A DNA stretch of 48,526 bases from an uncultured delta proteobacterium (GTDB lineage: Bacteria > Bdellovibrionota_C > UBA2361 > CAIXSY01), in contig CAIXSY010000429.1 in assembly GCA_903922175.1 (NCBI GenBank), forward strand, positions 1 through 48,526. Direction: 5' to 3'. A program made the position numbers and the translations under genes. The notes under the pieces are model-generated. The model made no database searches. It was not told the origin of the DNA and saw nothing but the letters and a program-made list of their open reading frames with translations. Positions 17,964 through 30,051 of this stretch are shown piece by piece. Numbering within the stretch: the stretch's first letter is position 1; each line of letters starts with the position of its first letter.

Positions 17964-20864
17964 TTAAATGCCCTTTAACGTTTGTTGACTTGGCCCAGCT
18001 TCAGCGGACGTGTTGACTGCTACAGCTTCGATGCCGGTCCAAGATGTGATCAGTTCATTGTAAGCACGCGCGTCCTCAGCCCAGCCTTGGCGCTCACATA
18101 GAGTGTAAAGTCGATAGGCGAGTTGACGCATGGATTCACCTTGATTCTTGACTGCCTCCAGTAACTTTCCAGAGGCGCTTTCACCACCTTGCTTTAATGC
18201 ACGAATGAGGTGATGTAAAGTTTCCCAGACGGGATTACGCGCATCCTTTTTCGGATCCCAATCTGCGGGGTATTCGGACCACTTACGTAACCGTACGACA
18301 CCGCCACCGGATTCGATAACACCGGCATCCTTCACACCATCAACGCTTGTTCCCTTCGCACGCGAAAGCGTATCCGCATCACCGAAGCGGCCTTCTTTCC
18401 ATCCGTTCTGTTCGAACCAATGCAAGCAGAACTGGGTATCACGATCAAAGTCATCCTCTGCGAGAAAGCGATTAATAAGCTGGAGGGCAGTACGAACGCT
18501 CATGGGCGTCCCATCGGCCTCTAGTACAGCCGTGTATTTGGAATAGATTCCCATACCAGGGCCGATGATAGCCTGGGAGAGGTCTACAGGGGCGACAGGT
18601 GAGCGGTCATCACCTGAGCCTTTGGTCATCTCATCTAGCGCCTCAGGCAATATAGCATTTAATTCCCGCAGAAAATCACGACGTGAAATCGTTAAGGCTT
18701 CCGTGGGTCGCCTGCGACAAACGAGAATAATACTCGAAGCAAGACCGTTCCTGGTCTTCTTAAGGTTGCCACTATATTCTGTGCGCATCGGCCAAGTTCC
18801 AGTAAGCTGCAGCCCCGCTTTGCACACTGCTTCCAAAAAAGTTTCCCAGCCCGTAGAATGCGTACCAACACTGGTTTTTGTTTCTGCCTGCTTAAAGGCG
18901 TAGTAGACGGTAATTGGTGCCTCAGGATGAGCTTGACTTGCTAACCGCTTCATAGCTTTGAGCATTCCATCCATGAAAAATTCTTCGGCCTTTTTTTTGT
19001 TACCATGACGCGCGGGAGTTGCGACCAACTCTTCTGTTTTCGGAGCTACGATAGTAGCGAGGAGCTGTGAAAAGACTGGGCGAAGAACTCTCCGCAACCA
19101 TACATAAAAGAAATCAGATAAATCAGCATAGCCAATATTGTCGTAGTATGGGGGATCTGTAGATATAAATTTTAAGGTTGAAATGTTTTGCACCTGAGAA
19201 TCTGCCTGGAAAACATGCCCATTCCCGCAGCTAACAGAACTTTTAATGCATTTGGCTACTTGTATAATACCGGAATAAAAATTCCCCGATGATTCACTAA
19301 GAGGGTTTGCCTCGGTATAGTCCCATATCATGGGAAGTACCTGACGGCCGAAAGTCGAGACCATCTTTTCCGCACCATTGTGCCAAGCACAAAGAGACGA
19401 CCAATAGTTTGCTCCTTTATCAACTGCAAATGACAAATACACACTTATTACTTCCGCGTATGCACTGGCTCCGGACCCACCGTTATCATACCCAACTCCA
19501 TCATCCAACATCCCAGCAGCTACGGCATCTTTACGAATCTTCTCCCGGGCCTCAATAATTAGGTCACCAAAAGTGGCCAAGGCTACCAATTGGCGTCGAG
19601 TGAAGATATCAGACCATTTGGTCATTCCGTAGTTCCCGACTCGAAAGCCGAGAGCCTGCTGGAAAAACTCGACATCCGGAATCCAAGTTGGTTGCGCGTT
19701 AGCCGCGACAGCTTCCATCTCCGCTGTCGCGGTTAGATAAATACGACTACGAGGGAGTTCGGCGACTACTGCCATAAGACGCTGCCCCATGCGTCCAGCC
19801 CGCGCTTCAGCCTTAATGTAGTCACCACTAATTGGACTATTTGAAATTAAACATCGAAAGTTGGAACCAGCTCCCGGCACTTTAGTCCCTTCTTGAGCAG
19901 TCGGGGGTGGCTCTCCACTCCTGACAACAAGCTTGTACTTGTCCCCTGTTACAATCGGCTGTACATAGGACTCCTTCCCTTTCTTGGCGCAAAGTATAAA
20001 ATTTGAGGCTAATGGGACATCAATGTGAGAAAAAGCAGGATTTGGGCTTTTTACGGTGCGTGCCCAAAGCCAGGCTATGACAGTGAGCTTCTGACCAACT
20101 AGGTTTTTTAAGTCAGTTCGCTCACGCGCCATTTCGGCGGTGATCTCAACCGCCGGATACAGGTGGCCGATTCGTTTCTGTGCTTCCGCACGCATCCATG
20201 CACCGTAGTAGCGAACATCCTCGGCGAGTCCAGTGGCACCGGGCCACGAACCAGAGTCTCCGCCAATCTTCCCTCGTGCTTCCGGATTTATAGGAGGTCG
20301 CCCCGCAAACTTGGGCGGGATTTCGATCATAGCCTTGTTGATGAGCACGGCGACGGGGTTGAGATCGCTGGCGTAAGCCTCCAGCCCCAACCGTTGTGCC
20401 TCCAATGGGATCGCTCCACCACCAGCAAAGGGATCGTGCAGCGCGGGCAGCCTGTCGGGATTAAATAGTTCAGCGGCCTGTGGATGGTCTTTATTCAGTT
20501 CACAAACTTCTCGCCATGATCGACGGATTTCGGCGCGGGCACTCTCAATGACTTTCTCGTTCGTCGTGTTTTCCCAAAGCACGAGGTCTTCAATGATTTT
20601 GAAGAGGCGCTTTCGCTCGATAGCAGCCTCTTTCTTGTTCATTCCGTATCTGAATCCCCCACCCTGCTGATAACCTGGATCGTTTACGAGTTGCGCAAAA
20701 ATAACAGCCCGCGCAGCTGCAAGGGGGCGACGCGCCCACCAAAGATGTAGCGTGCTTGGATGCCCGTGCCGTATAGATTTCTCACGAGCACAGGCGACAT
20801 TAATGGCGTCGAGCGGCAGAGACACCTCGATGAGCTTGCGTGGAGATTTAATGGGATAGCTCAT
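17964..20864 (-). CDS. DUF1156 adenine-specific DNA methyltransferase
   Basis: [23 protein letters not shown] (SAM binding), TDPPYYDN (motif IV). Confidence 0.93.
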   Translation of the reverse strand: MSYPIKSPRKLIEVSLPLDAINVACAREKSIRHGHPSTLHLWWARRPLAAARAVIFAQLVNDPGYQQGGGFRYGMNKKEAAIERKRLFKIIEDLVLWENTTNEKVIESARAEIRRSWREVCELNKDHPQAAELFNPDRLPALHDPFAGGGAIPLEAQRLGLEAYASDLNPVAVLINKAMIEIPPKFAGRPPINPEARGKIGGDSGSWPGATGLAEDVRYYGAWMRAEAQKRIGHLYPAVEITAEMARERTDLKNLVGQKLTVIAWLWARTVKSPNPAFSHIDVPLASNFILCAKKGKESYVQPIVTGDKYKLVVRSGEPPPTAQEGTKVPGAGSNFRCLISNSPISGDYIKAEARAGRMGQRLMAVVAELPRSRIYLTATAEMEAVAANAQPTWIPDVEFFQQALGFRVGNYGMTKWSDIFTRRQLVALATFGDLIIEAREKIRKDAVAAGMLDDGVGYDNGGSGASAYAEVISVYLSFAVDKGANYWSSLCAWHNGAEKMVSTFGRQVLPMIWDYTEANPLSESSGNFYSGIIQVAKCIKSSVSCGNGHVFQADSQVQNISTLKFISTDPPYYDNIGYADLSDFFYVWLRRVLRPVFSQLLATIVAPKTEELVATPARHGNKKKAEEFFMDGMLKAMKRLASQAHPEAPITVYYAFKQAETKTSVGTHSTGWETFLEAVCKAGLQLTGTWPMRTEYSGNLKKTRNGLASSIILVCRRRPTEALTISRRDFLRELNAILPEALDEMTKGSGDDRSPVAPVDLSQAIIGPGMGIYSKYTAVLEADGTPMSVRTALQLINRFLAEDDFDRDTQFCLHWFEQNGWKEGRFGDADTLSRAKGTSVDGVKDAGVIESGGGVVRLRKWSEYPADWDPKKDARNPVWETLHHLIRALKQGGESASGKLLEAVKNQGESMRQLAYRLYTLCERQGWAEDARAYNELITSWTGIEAVAVNTSAEAGPSQQTLKGI

Positions 20865-23800
20865 CGGGATGATGTTCCTTTTGCAAGTAACGAGTTCAGA
20901 TCGTAGTTTACGGATGAGACGCCCCAGCCCGGTTCGGCATCAAAAGGGTTGGTCAAATAATAGGGACCATCTATCGCACCGTTCTCTCCCGCAAGCACAA
21001 TAGCGAGGACGAATTTGTCAGCTTGGTTGAGGGCATAGAGCATTTCGTTGCGAGTAACGGTGATGGTACTCGCACCTTTCACACGACCTTTTACTTCAAT
21101 GTGCCTAGCCTCTGGCTGCTTTCCATCCACAACCGGCGCGTATGAAGTGAGATCCCAACCACACTTCTGGGCAGAGACATCTATAACACAGCAGCCACGC
21201 GCTTCCTCGGCCAGACGGACGGTATTCATGGCGAGCTGCTCAATGCGCGAGCGAGCAGCGGGATCTGTCGAAAAAAGAGAGCTGTCTTCAACGGGAGGAT
21301 CACCACGCAGGCGGCGGAGCAGTCCCGCCGGAACAACTAGCGCACCACTAAGTACAACAGGCGTAGCAGAGGTGACGTGGCGCATTGACTGAAGCTCTTT
21401 TTTTCGGCTTTCCAGCCGCGATTCGAGGTCGCCAAGATTGCGACGGACGTTTTCGAGATTGAGCCGCACATCTTTTCCAGCAGCTTTGTCGTCGGTCAGC
21501 TTGATAAAACGGTCAGACCAGTAATCAATCTCCGTGGTCAGACGTTCGTGAACGGCAGCGAGGGTCTTGTCCACGTGGGCGATGCGGCGTCCAGCGACTT
21601 CGTTGAAGTGTTCCGGAACGAGCGTGGAAGCCGCAAGAGCGAGAGCACGTTGTTCCAGCCCTGCGGTAAGCCAAGGCGCGGAAAGCGTTTCGGCCAGCAG
21701 AGATCTTTCAGTAGCGGCGAGCGGTTCGAGATCTAAGTGTGGTGCCCAACCGGCAAAAGTGGCACTACCATCTGGTAGAACGCGGACGAATTGCAGGCGC
21801 TTGGAGATTACCTGACCATCACCGGACTTTACCTCGTGTGTAAGAAGAAAGAGTAAAGAAGGCTCTTCGCCCTCGTCCGCAGGGTCCACGAGAATTGTGC
21901 CCTGGCGCAGCAGATTGGCGTGCTGCTCAAGTAACACATCGCTAAGTGCCAACATAAGCGGGTGGCCGGGATGAATCATGCTGGCAAAGGCAAGACCGGG
22001 GCGCTCCGTTGGACGCACAGCACCCTTGGTAAAACAAACACGCTCGTAGCGCTTCAGAACAGGCGCTAGATCCCGCCGATTGCGCCCAGTGATGAGGCGG
22101 TCGCGCTCGCATAATTTGCCAGGCACGCGAGTTATCTCAAAACGCTCTAATTCACGGGGATAGATGATGCCGCCGAGAGACTCAAAGCCTTTCATAAAGA
22201 AGGAGCGAACGAAGTACGGCTGAAGACGACGGGCTTCGGCCTTTTCCATCTCTTCTTTTACCGCGAAGAGACGCTCCGGGCTTAGGCTTTCTTGGGCCAG
22301 TGCGTCGCGGTTCAGAATGCTCATGAGGTGCTCGTGATCGAGTGCATTATCTATCTTTTGGCTGAGACGAGCGCGTACTTCTGGTTGGTCGCCGTATCGA
22401 ATGGCCTCCAGTAGCATGTCTTTGAGACTCTTTCCGTCAAAGACTTCGCCGAGGACGTTAAACACTTGACCTTTAAGCGCCTCGCTTACGACCTGAAGTT
22501 TTTCGAGCAATCGGAAATAAACATCGCCTTCGCGCGTTTCTTTGGCAACTAGGTTCCAGTGGTGGCAGACCTCTTGTTGCCCGATGCGGTGGATTCGACC
22601 GAAGCGTTGTTCGAGGCGATTAGGATTCCATGGCAAATCGTAGTTCACCATCAAATTGGCGTTCTGGAGGTTGATACCTTCACCAGCAGCATCCGTGGCG
22701 ACAAGCACCCGGACATCGGGATCCGAACGAAAAAGAGCCTGGGCCTTGCGGCGGTCGTCACGGTGCACCCCACCGTGAATGACCACAATGGCATTGTGGC
22801 TGCCAAGCACACCGGCAATCTTCTGGTGCAGGTAGTTCAGCGTGTCGCGGTGCTCGCTGAAGATGATAATTTTCCGCATGCGCCCCCCTGCGTCATGCAT
22901 CTGGGGTTCGTTCTGAAGAATGCGGGAAAGCTCGTCCCATTTCTTGTCTTTTCCAGAAGCGACAAGGGCCTTTGCCTGTTGTTCGAGGCCTTGAAGGCTA
23001 ACAATTTCAGCCGCAAGCTCTGCAATCGTTTGTGAAGCTGTGGCCTGGTCAACAAGTGTCTCTTCAAGATTTTCCTGCTCCTCGGCATTTAGGTCATCGT
23101 CGTCCTCGGGAACATCCGCGAGGGTTTCGGCAAGAATTTGTTGGCCGCGAGCGCCCATCTTTTCCTCGCGGAGACGACGTTCGAGGCGTTCGCGACGACG
23201 TTTTAGTGACTGAAAAATTGCTTCTGGACTGGAAGCAAGACGCCGCTGGAGGGCGGTGAGTGCAAAACCGACCGAACCTTTGCGCTTGCCATCGAGTGCA
23301 TCAGCTTTACCCATTTCCGTCTTCACATATTGCGTGACGGCTTCATACAGCGCGGATTCAAGGTCAGAGAGTTGATAGTTGACGGTGTAAGCACGGCGCT
23401 CGGGGAAAAGCGGCGTGCCGTCGAATTTCACCAACTTCTCCTTCACCATGCGGCGAATGAGGTCGGAGCAATCGGCCTTGTGAACACCGTCCCGGAATTT
23501 TCCATAGAATCGGTCTGAATCGAGAAGCGACAGGAATAACTGGAAATCCTCTTCCTTGCCGTTGTGCGGCGTGGCAGTCATCAGTAAAAGGTGGCGCGTC
23601 TGGGCGCCGAGCTTTTCCGCTAACTTAAAACGACCTGTCTTTTCGAGCTTACTGCCGAAGAAATGGGCGGCGAGTTTATGGGCCTCATCAAACACCACGA
23701 GATCCCATCCAGCGGCACAGAGTTTTTCCTGCAAATCCTCGTTGCGTGCCATCTGATCGAGCCTAACGATCAAGTGGTCGATATCCTCGAAGGGATTGCC

Positions 23801-24373
23801 GCTGGGAGTGGCGGCTTCCAAGTCCTTAGTAAAGACGCGAAACTCCAAGCCGAACTTTTCGAACATTTCTTCGCGCCACTGCTCCACTAGACTTCCCGGT
23901 GCCACGATGACAATGCGCCGAGCATCTGCCCTCATAATGAGTTCGCGGATGTAGAGACCGGCCATAATGGTCTTGCCAGCGCCGGGGTCATCAGCAAGGA
24001 CAAAACGTAAGGGCTGGCGTGGAAGCATGGCTTCGTAAACCGCCGTAATTTGGTGGGGAAGCGGGTCCACGTTTGATGTGTGGACTGCCATCATCGGATC
24101 AAAAAGAAAGGCGAGGTCGATTCGCTTAGCTTCGACGGCGAGCTTAAAGTCTTCTCCGCTACCATCAAAGGCCCACGGACGCTCCTGGGTGGCTAGGTCA
24201 ATGCCAACCTCATCAGCTCGACCAAGGAGTCGATCCTTAAGCGCACCTTCGGGGGTTTTGTAGATGACTTGAGTGGCCCCTTCCGCGATTGGGACTACAG
24301 CAACAACCGTGACAACGCTTGCTGGTTCAATGCCAGTTAGAGGTATCCCGGGTTTAATATCTTCAAGTCGCAT
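20861..24373 (-). CDS. SNF2-family helicase with a C-terminal DUF3883 nuclease domain
   Basis: [31 protein letters not shown]; C-terminal GWDL...IEVKG. Confidence 0.93.
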   Translation of the reverse strand: MRLEDIKPGIPLTGIEPASVVTVVAVVPIAEGATQVIYKTPEGALKDRLLGRADEVGIDLATQERPWAFDGSGEDFKLAVEAKRIDLAFLFDPMMAVHTSNVDPLPHQITAVYEAMLPRQPLRFVLADDPGAGKTIMAGLYIRELIMRADARRIVIVAPGSLVEQWREEMFEKFGLEFRVFTKDLEAATPSGNPFEDIDHLIVRLDQMARNEDLQEKLCAAGWDLVVFDEAHKLAAHFFGSKLEKTGRFKLAEKLGAQTRHLLLMTATPHNGKEEDFQLFLSLLDSDRFYGKFRDGVHKADCSDLIRRMVKEKLVKFDGTPLFPERRAYTVNYQLSDLESALYEAVTQYVKTEMGKADALDGKRKGSVGFALTALQRRLASSPEAIFQSLKRRRERLERRLREEKMGARGQQILAETLADVPEDDDDLNAEEQENLEETLVDQATASQTIAELAAEIVSLQGLEQQAKALVASGKDKKWDELSRILQNEPQMHDAGGRMRKIIIFSEHRDTLNYLHQKIAGVLGSHNAIVVIHGGVHRDDRRKAQALFRSDPDVRVLVATDAAGEGINLQNANLMVNYDLPWNPNRLEQRFGRIHRIGQQEVCHHWNLVAKETREGDVYFRLLEKLQVVSEALKGQVFNVLGEVFDGKSLKDMLLEAIRYGDQPEVRARLSQKIDNALDHEHLMSILNRDALAQESLSPERLFAVKEEMEKAEARRLQPYFVRSFFMKGFESLGGIIYPRELERFEITRVPGKLCERDRLITGRNRRDLAPVLKRYERVCFTKGAVRPTERPGLAFASMIHPGHPLMLALSDVLLEQHANLLRQGTILVDPADEGEEPSLLFLLTHEVKSGDGQVISKRLQFVRVLPDGSATFAGWAPHLDLEPLAATERSLLAETLSAPWLTAGLEQRALALAASTLVPEHFNEVAGRRIAHVDKTLAAVHERLTTEIDYWSDRFIKLTDDKAAGKDVRLNLENVRRNLGDLESRLESRKKELQSMRHVTSATPVVLSGALVVPAGLLRRLRGDPPVEDSSLFSTDPAARSRIEQLAMNTVRLAEEARGCCVIDVSAQKCGWDLTSYAPVVDGKQPEARHIEVKGRVKGASTITVTRNEMLYALNQADKFVLAIVLAGENGAIDGPYYLTNPFDAEPGWGVSSVNYDLNSLLAKGTSSR

Positions 24374-24420
24374 AAAGTAGAACCTTCACGTAATTGGTCA
24401 CGTCCTCGTCGCATTCACGG

Positions 24421-24669
24421 TCATTCCTTCGTCTTCATCTTATCGCCGTTAGCGGCAATGAACGAACGGATCTCCTCCATCATGTCGAGAAGTCTCAGCC
24501 ATTGCTCTTTGTAAAGAGTTACAGGAAAACGTCCGAGGCCGTACACCGAAAGGCCCCCCGTCTCACCGATTTTGAGACTCAAGCCCTTCTCTTTTCCTTT
24601 CTTAAGAGCTTCGTTTTCAGCACGGAGCCTTTCTAGCTCCGCTTTCATGTCGACTTCGCTGTTACTCAC
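24421..24669 (-). CDS. Small conserved hypothetical protein (coiled coil + G.LSVYGLGRFPVTLY.EQW)
   Basis: AGAGGAG RBS; motif familiar from small proteins on mobile elements; function unknown. Confidence 0.8.
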   Translation of the reverse strand: MSNSEVDMKAELERLRAENEALKKGKEKGLSLKIGETGGLSVYGLGRFPVTLYKEQWLRLLDMMEEIRSFIAANGDKMKTKE

Positions 24670-24798
24670 TTTGCTCTCCTCTCTCTATTTTAATAGCATT
24701 TCCAACAACCTAAGTCATGTTTCCCATACTTCTGTATCCAGTGCTAATCGCGCATTAATCGCGCTCCAATCCGGACATTATCCGGTCATAATCCGGCC

Positions 24799-26199
24799 TT
24801 ATCCGGCCATCACATAGCGACGGGATGGTCCTTTACCTTCCACTGCAAGAACCACCTGCTCCACCATGACACCCAGATCTCTTCGAGCCTGGCGCTCTTT
24901 CACTCCAAACAGTTTCTGATATTCCGGCGAAGTAATTGCTCCGTGCTTACGCACATAATCGAGACACTTGCGCTGCCGCTCGGTGAGCTGCGCTGCGCTT
25001 GATTTAAGTGGCTCAACTTCCGGGGACTCAAACCGAACAATAAATGTGCCCATCTCCGCACGAAACTCAGGCCGCTTCATGTTTCGCTCTTCACAGGCCT
25101 GCAAAATCCTAAGCGTGCCCGTTCCCCAGTGTTCTATTAGCCCAGCGCGGTGAAAAGCGCTTGCGATAAGCCGATTGCGAGGACGCGATCCATGCACGGC
25201 GTATAGTGAAGCAATAGAAAGATCATGCGGTAGCGTTCCTGGATTCCAAACTTCGAGGCCGCTGTGAAAAATTCTAATCTGCGTATGACCGGACTCAGTA
25301 TAGTTTCGGTGACAAATTGCATTAATTACAGCTTCTCGAATAGCAAGGTCTGGATATTCAGAAACTCTTTCATGCTGTGGCTTGCCGGTGATCTTAATAG
25401 CGTTGCGGGTGTTTTTGGCTATAAACGCCACCGCCGTATCTAACTGCGCAAAAAGCGGGACATCGGCCGTCACTTCGTCGATAAATTCAACGGGTAGGTC
25501 GCCACGAAAACGCCCACATTTGATTGATGGCTCGATAATATAGCGGCCTGGAGTATCGGTAAACAAAAGAGCAGCGGCATTACACAATGTGCCGTCAGGT
25601 AATCGAAGGTGCAGATTATCAAGAACAACTTGGGTGGGGATAGAAATGTCCTGCCCACAGCGCTTGAGAAAATCTTCTATAGCGGAACGACTTAAGTGCT
25701 CTTCTTTTAATCCAGGACACGGCAGCGCATCCCATGTGCGGCCGGTGGTTGTTTCTACAAGCCTAAGAGTTTCCTCGCGTGACAGCGACTGATTCGTGCG
25801 ACCTACCCGCTTGTAAGGCTTTCCAAATGCCCACACGGGCTTAATTGGGCTTTCTTCCACGGAAACATGAACAATCGCGGAAGCTTCCCCTCCTTCAACT
25901 TGAATCGAGGGAAACACCGGCGGATCCGTATGGCGCTTTATATCATTAGCCAGGTTTTCAAGGCTATTCTTACCAAGCTGAATACCGACACGCTTACCAT
26001 CTGGATCGATACCAAAATGCACGGTGCCGCCTTTGCTGGTAGCAAACGCAGCTAAAGAGATCGCGGCTTCCTTCCACTCGCTCAAGGAAGTTTTGTTTTC
26101 ACTATTTTCGAGCTCCGCCGTGTCGCTCATTTCTAAATTTCCTGTTCCCCCATACCCCTCACACCCCCGCATTTCCGGTACAGCTATCAAGCTAGACAT
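24799..26199 (-). CDS. AlbA_2 (Schlafen-like) + HATPase_c_4 + HTH protein, putative regulator
   Basis: E.K.S, AFA..KGG..FG, YP..AIREAVINA.CHRNY, NPG, RN..IA, IE.WGTG, C-terminal wHTH; true start may be MSDTAE. Confidence 0.85.
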   Translation of the reverse strand: MSSLIAVPEMRGCEGYGGTGNLEMSDTAELENSENKTSLSEWKEAAISLAAFATSKGGTVHFGIDPDGKRVGIQLGKNSLENLANDIKRHTDPPVFPSIQVEGGEASAIVHVSVEESPIKPVWAFGKPYKRVGRTNQSLSREETLRLVETTTGRTWDALPCPGLKEEHLSRSAIEDFLKRCGQDISIPTQVVLDNLHLRLPDGTLCNAAALLFTDTPGRYIIEPSIKCGRFRGDLPVEFIDEVTADVPLFAQLDTAVAFIAKNTRNAIKITGKPQHERVSEYPDLAIREAVINAICHRNYTESGHTQIRIFHSGLEVWNPGTLPHDLSIASLYAVHGSRPRNRLIASAFHRAGLIEHWGTGTLRILQACEERNMKRPEFRAEMGTFIVRFESPEVEPLKSSAAQLTERQRKCLDYVRKHGAITSPEYQKLFGVKERQARRDLGVMVEQVVLAVEGKGPSRRYVMAG

Positions 26200-26724
26200 A
26201 AATCTCCCAAACGAGCTTACCCCTACTCTTCCCCGACTGACTACTGATTTGAAGTGTTGGCCTTACGTAATACAACAAATTTGGTTTTTAGCCCAGTTAC
26301 TAGAGTCTTTTAGTCTCATTTGATTAGTTGTTAATCAATAAGCAAATCGAGGATGCAAGCTTCCTGTTTCCCGCTGTAGCACCAATCCAGCCGTTTTCAC
26401 GCATCATTCGCGCACTAATCCCGCATTGTCCCGCACCAATCGCGCACTCTTACTTGATGCCAAGTAGCGAACGGTGCGCGAGGCCCCTTCGACAACAGTC
26501 AAGTTCGCTACCTCACTCTCCCCTACTCTTCTCCACCGGTCTGCTGATCACACAGGTATTTCGCTCTACCGGGAAAGCCTGGAATGGACAGACTGACTTT
26601 GAGAATAATAAGCGATACCAGGAATGAAGTCTTCGTTGATTTTGGACCTGCTTTGTCCCACCCACCCGCCCTAAAAGCTTATCAGTCAACTACCAAGAGA
26701 GGGCACTCCCTCCACGCTCAACTC

Positions 26725-27321
26725 CTAGCGAAACTTTAGTCCTGTCTTTTCTCCCTGGTGCGCTGCCCTCGCCTGCTCCCCCGCCTCTACGATTTTACTA
26801 AGCGTTGGAAAATGAAACAGATTGAGCACAAGTCCCGTTACTGCATAGGGGATAATTAAGCTTGGCTCGTGCGCGCTGTTTGACATCACGAAACCACAAA
26901 GTGTGAGCGCTTCACTTAAGACAAGCGAAAGGATGAAGGGGACAAAGATAGGCCCTGGAAGGCTGAGAAACGAAAGCTCCCCTTCTGGTACGCGTTTAAT
27001 CTCCTGGAGTCGGTTCTCATCAATCTGGCCAGTCTGGGGGTTTTGGGCAAAATCTTCTGGCTTATGCGTCTTGCCAAAACAGCTCTGAAACCGCTTAGGC
27101 AGGTATGTCCAGCGCCTTAGTGCAAAAGACAGAAAGCTTACAAGTACTGCTATAGCTACAAATGGAATATTTAGTTCTAGTACGGGGGGCGTCTGTGTCG
27201 GCGGCTTTATCTGAAACGTCACAAACACCAGTATCAGTATCGACATCGTGATCGCTGCCCACAAAATCTTCATTACTACCATGCGCCGTTTTAGAAGGTC
27301 CGTAGTCAATGTTGATATCAT
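26725..27321 (-). CDS. Membrane protein with about 4 transmembrane helices
   Basis: Four hydrophobic segments; AGGAG RBS upstream. Confidence 0.7.
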   Translation of the reverse strand: MISTLTTDLLKRRMVVMKILWAAITMSILILVFVTFQIKPPTQTPPVLELNIPFVAIAVLVSFLSFALRRWTYLPKRFQSCFGKTHKPEDFAQNPQTGQIDENRLQEIKRVPEGELSFLSLPGPIFVPFILSLVLSEALTLCGFVMSNSAHEPSLIIPYAVTGLVLNLFHFPTLSKIVEAGEQARAAHQGEKTGLKFR

Positions 27322-27447
27322 TAGTCATGTCTCCTTGTGACAATGTGTTAGCGTCAGAACATGGGATCTCCTCTTTTATCCAAGCTTCCCAGTCCTTCTT
27401 GATTGCTCCTCTATTGGAATCACGGTTGGCGCATCACCTCTATGGGG

Positions 27448-28221
27448 CTAGAAGCTTGATTCATTTACGGGTAACGTCTCACGCTTGGGTAGGAGATCTT
27501 CAAAGTTAGAGAAGGACTCATCTGACAGAATTCGAGCTCCACACTCAAGAAACTCACTAGGCCATTTCAATTTGGTATTCTCTACTACTGATTTTAGAAT
27601 CCAAAGGGGTCGAGTAAGGCGAAGCGCTTCTCGTCCCTGATACGCTGTGCCACTTATGTCTGTTGCCTCAACTATCACTGTTGCATCTGATAGAAGAGCC
27701 ATGAGGCGGTTACGGGTAGGGAAGTTCCCCTTTGTGACTGGACTGTCTTCTGGAAACTGGGACAATAGTAGGTGATCTCGGCCAATAGTCTCTTGCAAAT
27801 TTCGGTTCTCGGCCGGAGAGACAACAGAAAGCGGCGTGCCAATCACGCCGATGGTTTTGCCACCTGCTTCTATGGTGGCGGTCTGGGCGGCGGTGTCAAT
27901 GCCCCGCGCCAAGCCGCTAACAATGACAACTCCCAGTTTTACCAGGCGACGAGCAAGTTTTCGAGCGCGGGCTAGGCCATCTGCAGAGGCGTCTCTGGAG
28001 CCAATGATGGAGACAAGACGTGCTGATCTTAGTAGCTCTACGTCCCCTTTTACAAATACTACTTCCGGTGCCAATTCCCGCTCTGCTGCATTAAGGGGTC
28101 GAAAGATGTCCTGCCAATAAAGGGCACCTCTTGGTAAGATTCCCCCCTCTGTGCTTGGACTATCCAAGCCGTGCGTTGTGCCATTCTCGCACGGTCGTGA
28201 AATATTAACGAGATTCGGCAT
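27448..28221 (-). CDS. dprA: DprA/Smf Rossmann-fold protein (short form)
   Basis: SIIGSR, IVSGLARGID, F..RNRLMA, IVEA...SGT; no SAM or wHTH extensions visible. Confidence 0.88.
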   Translation of the reverse strand: MPNLVNISRPCENGTTHGLDSPSTEGGILPRGALYWQDIFRPLNAAERELAPEVVFVKGDVELLRSARLVSIIGSRDASADGLARARKLARRLVKLGVVIVSGLARGIDTAAQTATIEAGGKTIGVIGTPLSVVSPAENRNLQETIGRDHLLLSQFPEDSPVTKGNFPTRNRLMALLSDATVIVEATDISGTAYQGREALRLTRPLWILKSVVENTKLKWPSEFLECGARILSDESFSNFEDLLPKRETLPVNESSF

Positions 28222-28581
28222 TTGCTCTCTTCTCTCTATTAGACACCTAGCCTTCTCAGTTAATCTCCCCTCCCTGTCCGCTATCTTCCCTTGCCACTGA
28301 CCTACCCTAGCTTTTTATCGGTCAATTTTACTATCCCCGCCCCCCTTACGCCAATATCGAGGAGTAGCACTCTACCATCGAAGAGAAAAATTCCGAGGCC
28401 GAGGTCTTAGGCAAGAGCTTGGTAAGCCACTGCCGAACTGCTCAAACGTCTAAACGTCTTTAGCTTCACTAATAACGCTGGTTTCAACAGATGTTGAAAC
28501 ACACTGTATCGGTGAAACTTGTGATCACACTCGGCAGAGTATTACTCTTTTATCTGCATAAATTACAGCTCCCCTGCCCTC

Positions 28582-30051
28582 CTACCCGTTAGCTAAGACT
28601 TCAGAAATAAAGGCATCTAACACCAAACGTTTGGCAGCTTCCCCAACTTTTCCGCCGGTTCTGATGAGCTTAAGTTTAGAAGCCTCAGCGTCTGCAAGCG
28701 CTTCGTTCTCAATACGATCTTTTTCTTCACTCGTTAGAGAGTTCCAGTATTCATCAATGGAGCGTCTTTTAGCGACTTCTTGCTCCTCTTCGCGAAGTTC
28801 CCGCACCCTTTCCTTTTCGGCATGAGCTTTTGTTACGGCAACGGACTTTATTTGGCGCTCTTTTAACTCGACTTCATCTTTGTAACTCTTCGGTAGCTCG
28901 TAGTTATGCTCAATAGAGCTTATTAAAAATCCAGCCGGATTTTGAGAAACTCGAGCATCTTTTTTCTCTTTCATCTTAAGAACTAGCTCTAGCTTTTCAT
29001 CGATTAGCTCTCTTGGGAAGTTCGCTACTAGTTCGTGTGCTTTTTGCTCTCTTACGCCAACTTCCACCAAAGCTTCTTCAAGCGAAGTTGTTTTTGTGGC
29101 TGAAAGGTCGATAGCCAAAGCTCCTTCTGTAGGTTTTCTTCGAAACACAACGTCCCACGCGCCAGGGCCATTTTTTACGTACCGGGCTTCTTTTGGTGTA
29201 GGTAGCAAGTAGCACTTTGCCTCAAGCTCATCGATAGCGGAGTTAAGTTTTCTCTTAAGGTCTGCAAGCGGAGAGTTCTTTGAAAGACCGATTTTTTCGT
29301 GGCACAAAGTTTTAAGGTCAAACCTTTTTTCGCCACCAAAAAAGAAACGCTTATCAAGAAAGCGGTAAAGCCTTTGGGCAACAGAGCTTTTTAGCCCCAG
29401 AAAGAAATCGTAATTAAGCGCCTTTACATTTCCATTTTGAAAACTCTTAAAGACAACGTCATTCCACTCAAAATATGAGACAGATTCGTCGTTCTTAACC
29501 TGATTTTTATCGTTTTTAAAGATCTTAACACGCTCTAACACATGAAAACTTTCATCTGCCCAGACCTTGTCTTTTTTGTCTCGCCACGCATTTTTATAGA
29601 ACATGGTGACGCCCATCCAGCGGTTAAGCGCCTGCTCTAACCTAATGTATTTATCGCCCGTAGGCTTCCAGCGAAGAAGATTTATCAATTGATACCGGGT
29701 GAAATAAACTCTTTTAGAGGCGAAGTGTTGTAATTTAGAGAGCTGAATTAAGGCGAGAAGCACCTCTTCATCTGCCGGAGTTGGAAGCCCATGGGCGTCA
29801 GAACCAGTAATAGTGAGCCTTCTCGGGATCCATTTATTTTGACTACGATCGTGGATGCGGTCTTCGAAAACAATTGTCTTTTGTGACGGATCATTTCTCT
29901 CGGAAAGTGAGCTTAGAGGAAACTCCGCAAAGTTCATCTCGTCTTTGCCTTGAGTGATCTTTGAAGGGATATTTACAATGAGCTTAAATTTTGGCTCTTC
30001 GGTTTCTGGCTCTCTGTCTAGAATTTCAGCTTCGATAGCATTTTTATTCAT
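28582..30051 (-). CDS. repA: Plasmid replication initiator RepA, copy 1
   Basis: DEMNFAEFPL, GLPT..DE.VL..L, FTRY.LI, RLYRFLDKR, NPAGFL; adjacent iterons; paralogous to 35792-37267. Confidence 0.85.
   Translation of the reverse strand: MNKNAIEAEILDREPETEEPKFKLIVNIPSKITQGKDEMNFAEFPLSSLSERNDPSQKTIVFEDRIHDRSQNKWIPRRLTITGSDAHGLPTPADEEVLLALIQLSKLQHFASKRVYFTRYQLINLLRWKPTGDKYIRLEQALNRWMGVTMFYKNAWRDKKDKVWADESFHVLERVKIFKNDKNQVKNDESVSYFEWNDVVFKSFQNGNVKALNYDFFLGLKSSVAQRLYRFLDKRFFFGGEKRFDLKTLCHEKIGLSKNSPLADLKRKLNSAIDELEAKCYLLPTPKEARYVKNGPGAWDVVFRRKPTEGALAIDLSATKTTSLEEALVEVGVREQKAHELVANFPRELIDEKLELVLKMKEKKDARVSQNPAGFLISSIEHNYELPKSYKDEVELKERQIKSVAVTKAHAEKERVRELREEEQEVAKRRSIDEYWNSLTSEEKDRIENEALADAEASKLKLIRTGGKVGEAAKRLVLDAFISEVLANG

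Noticed and set aside
12000-26200. Many short plus-strand ORFs in the defence cluster
   Set aside because: They are antisense shadows of long, motif-bearing minus-strand genes.
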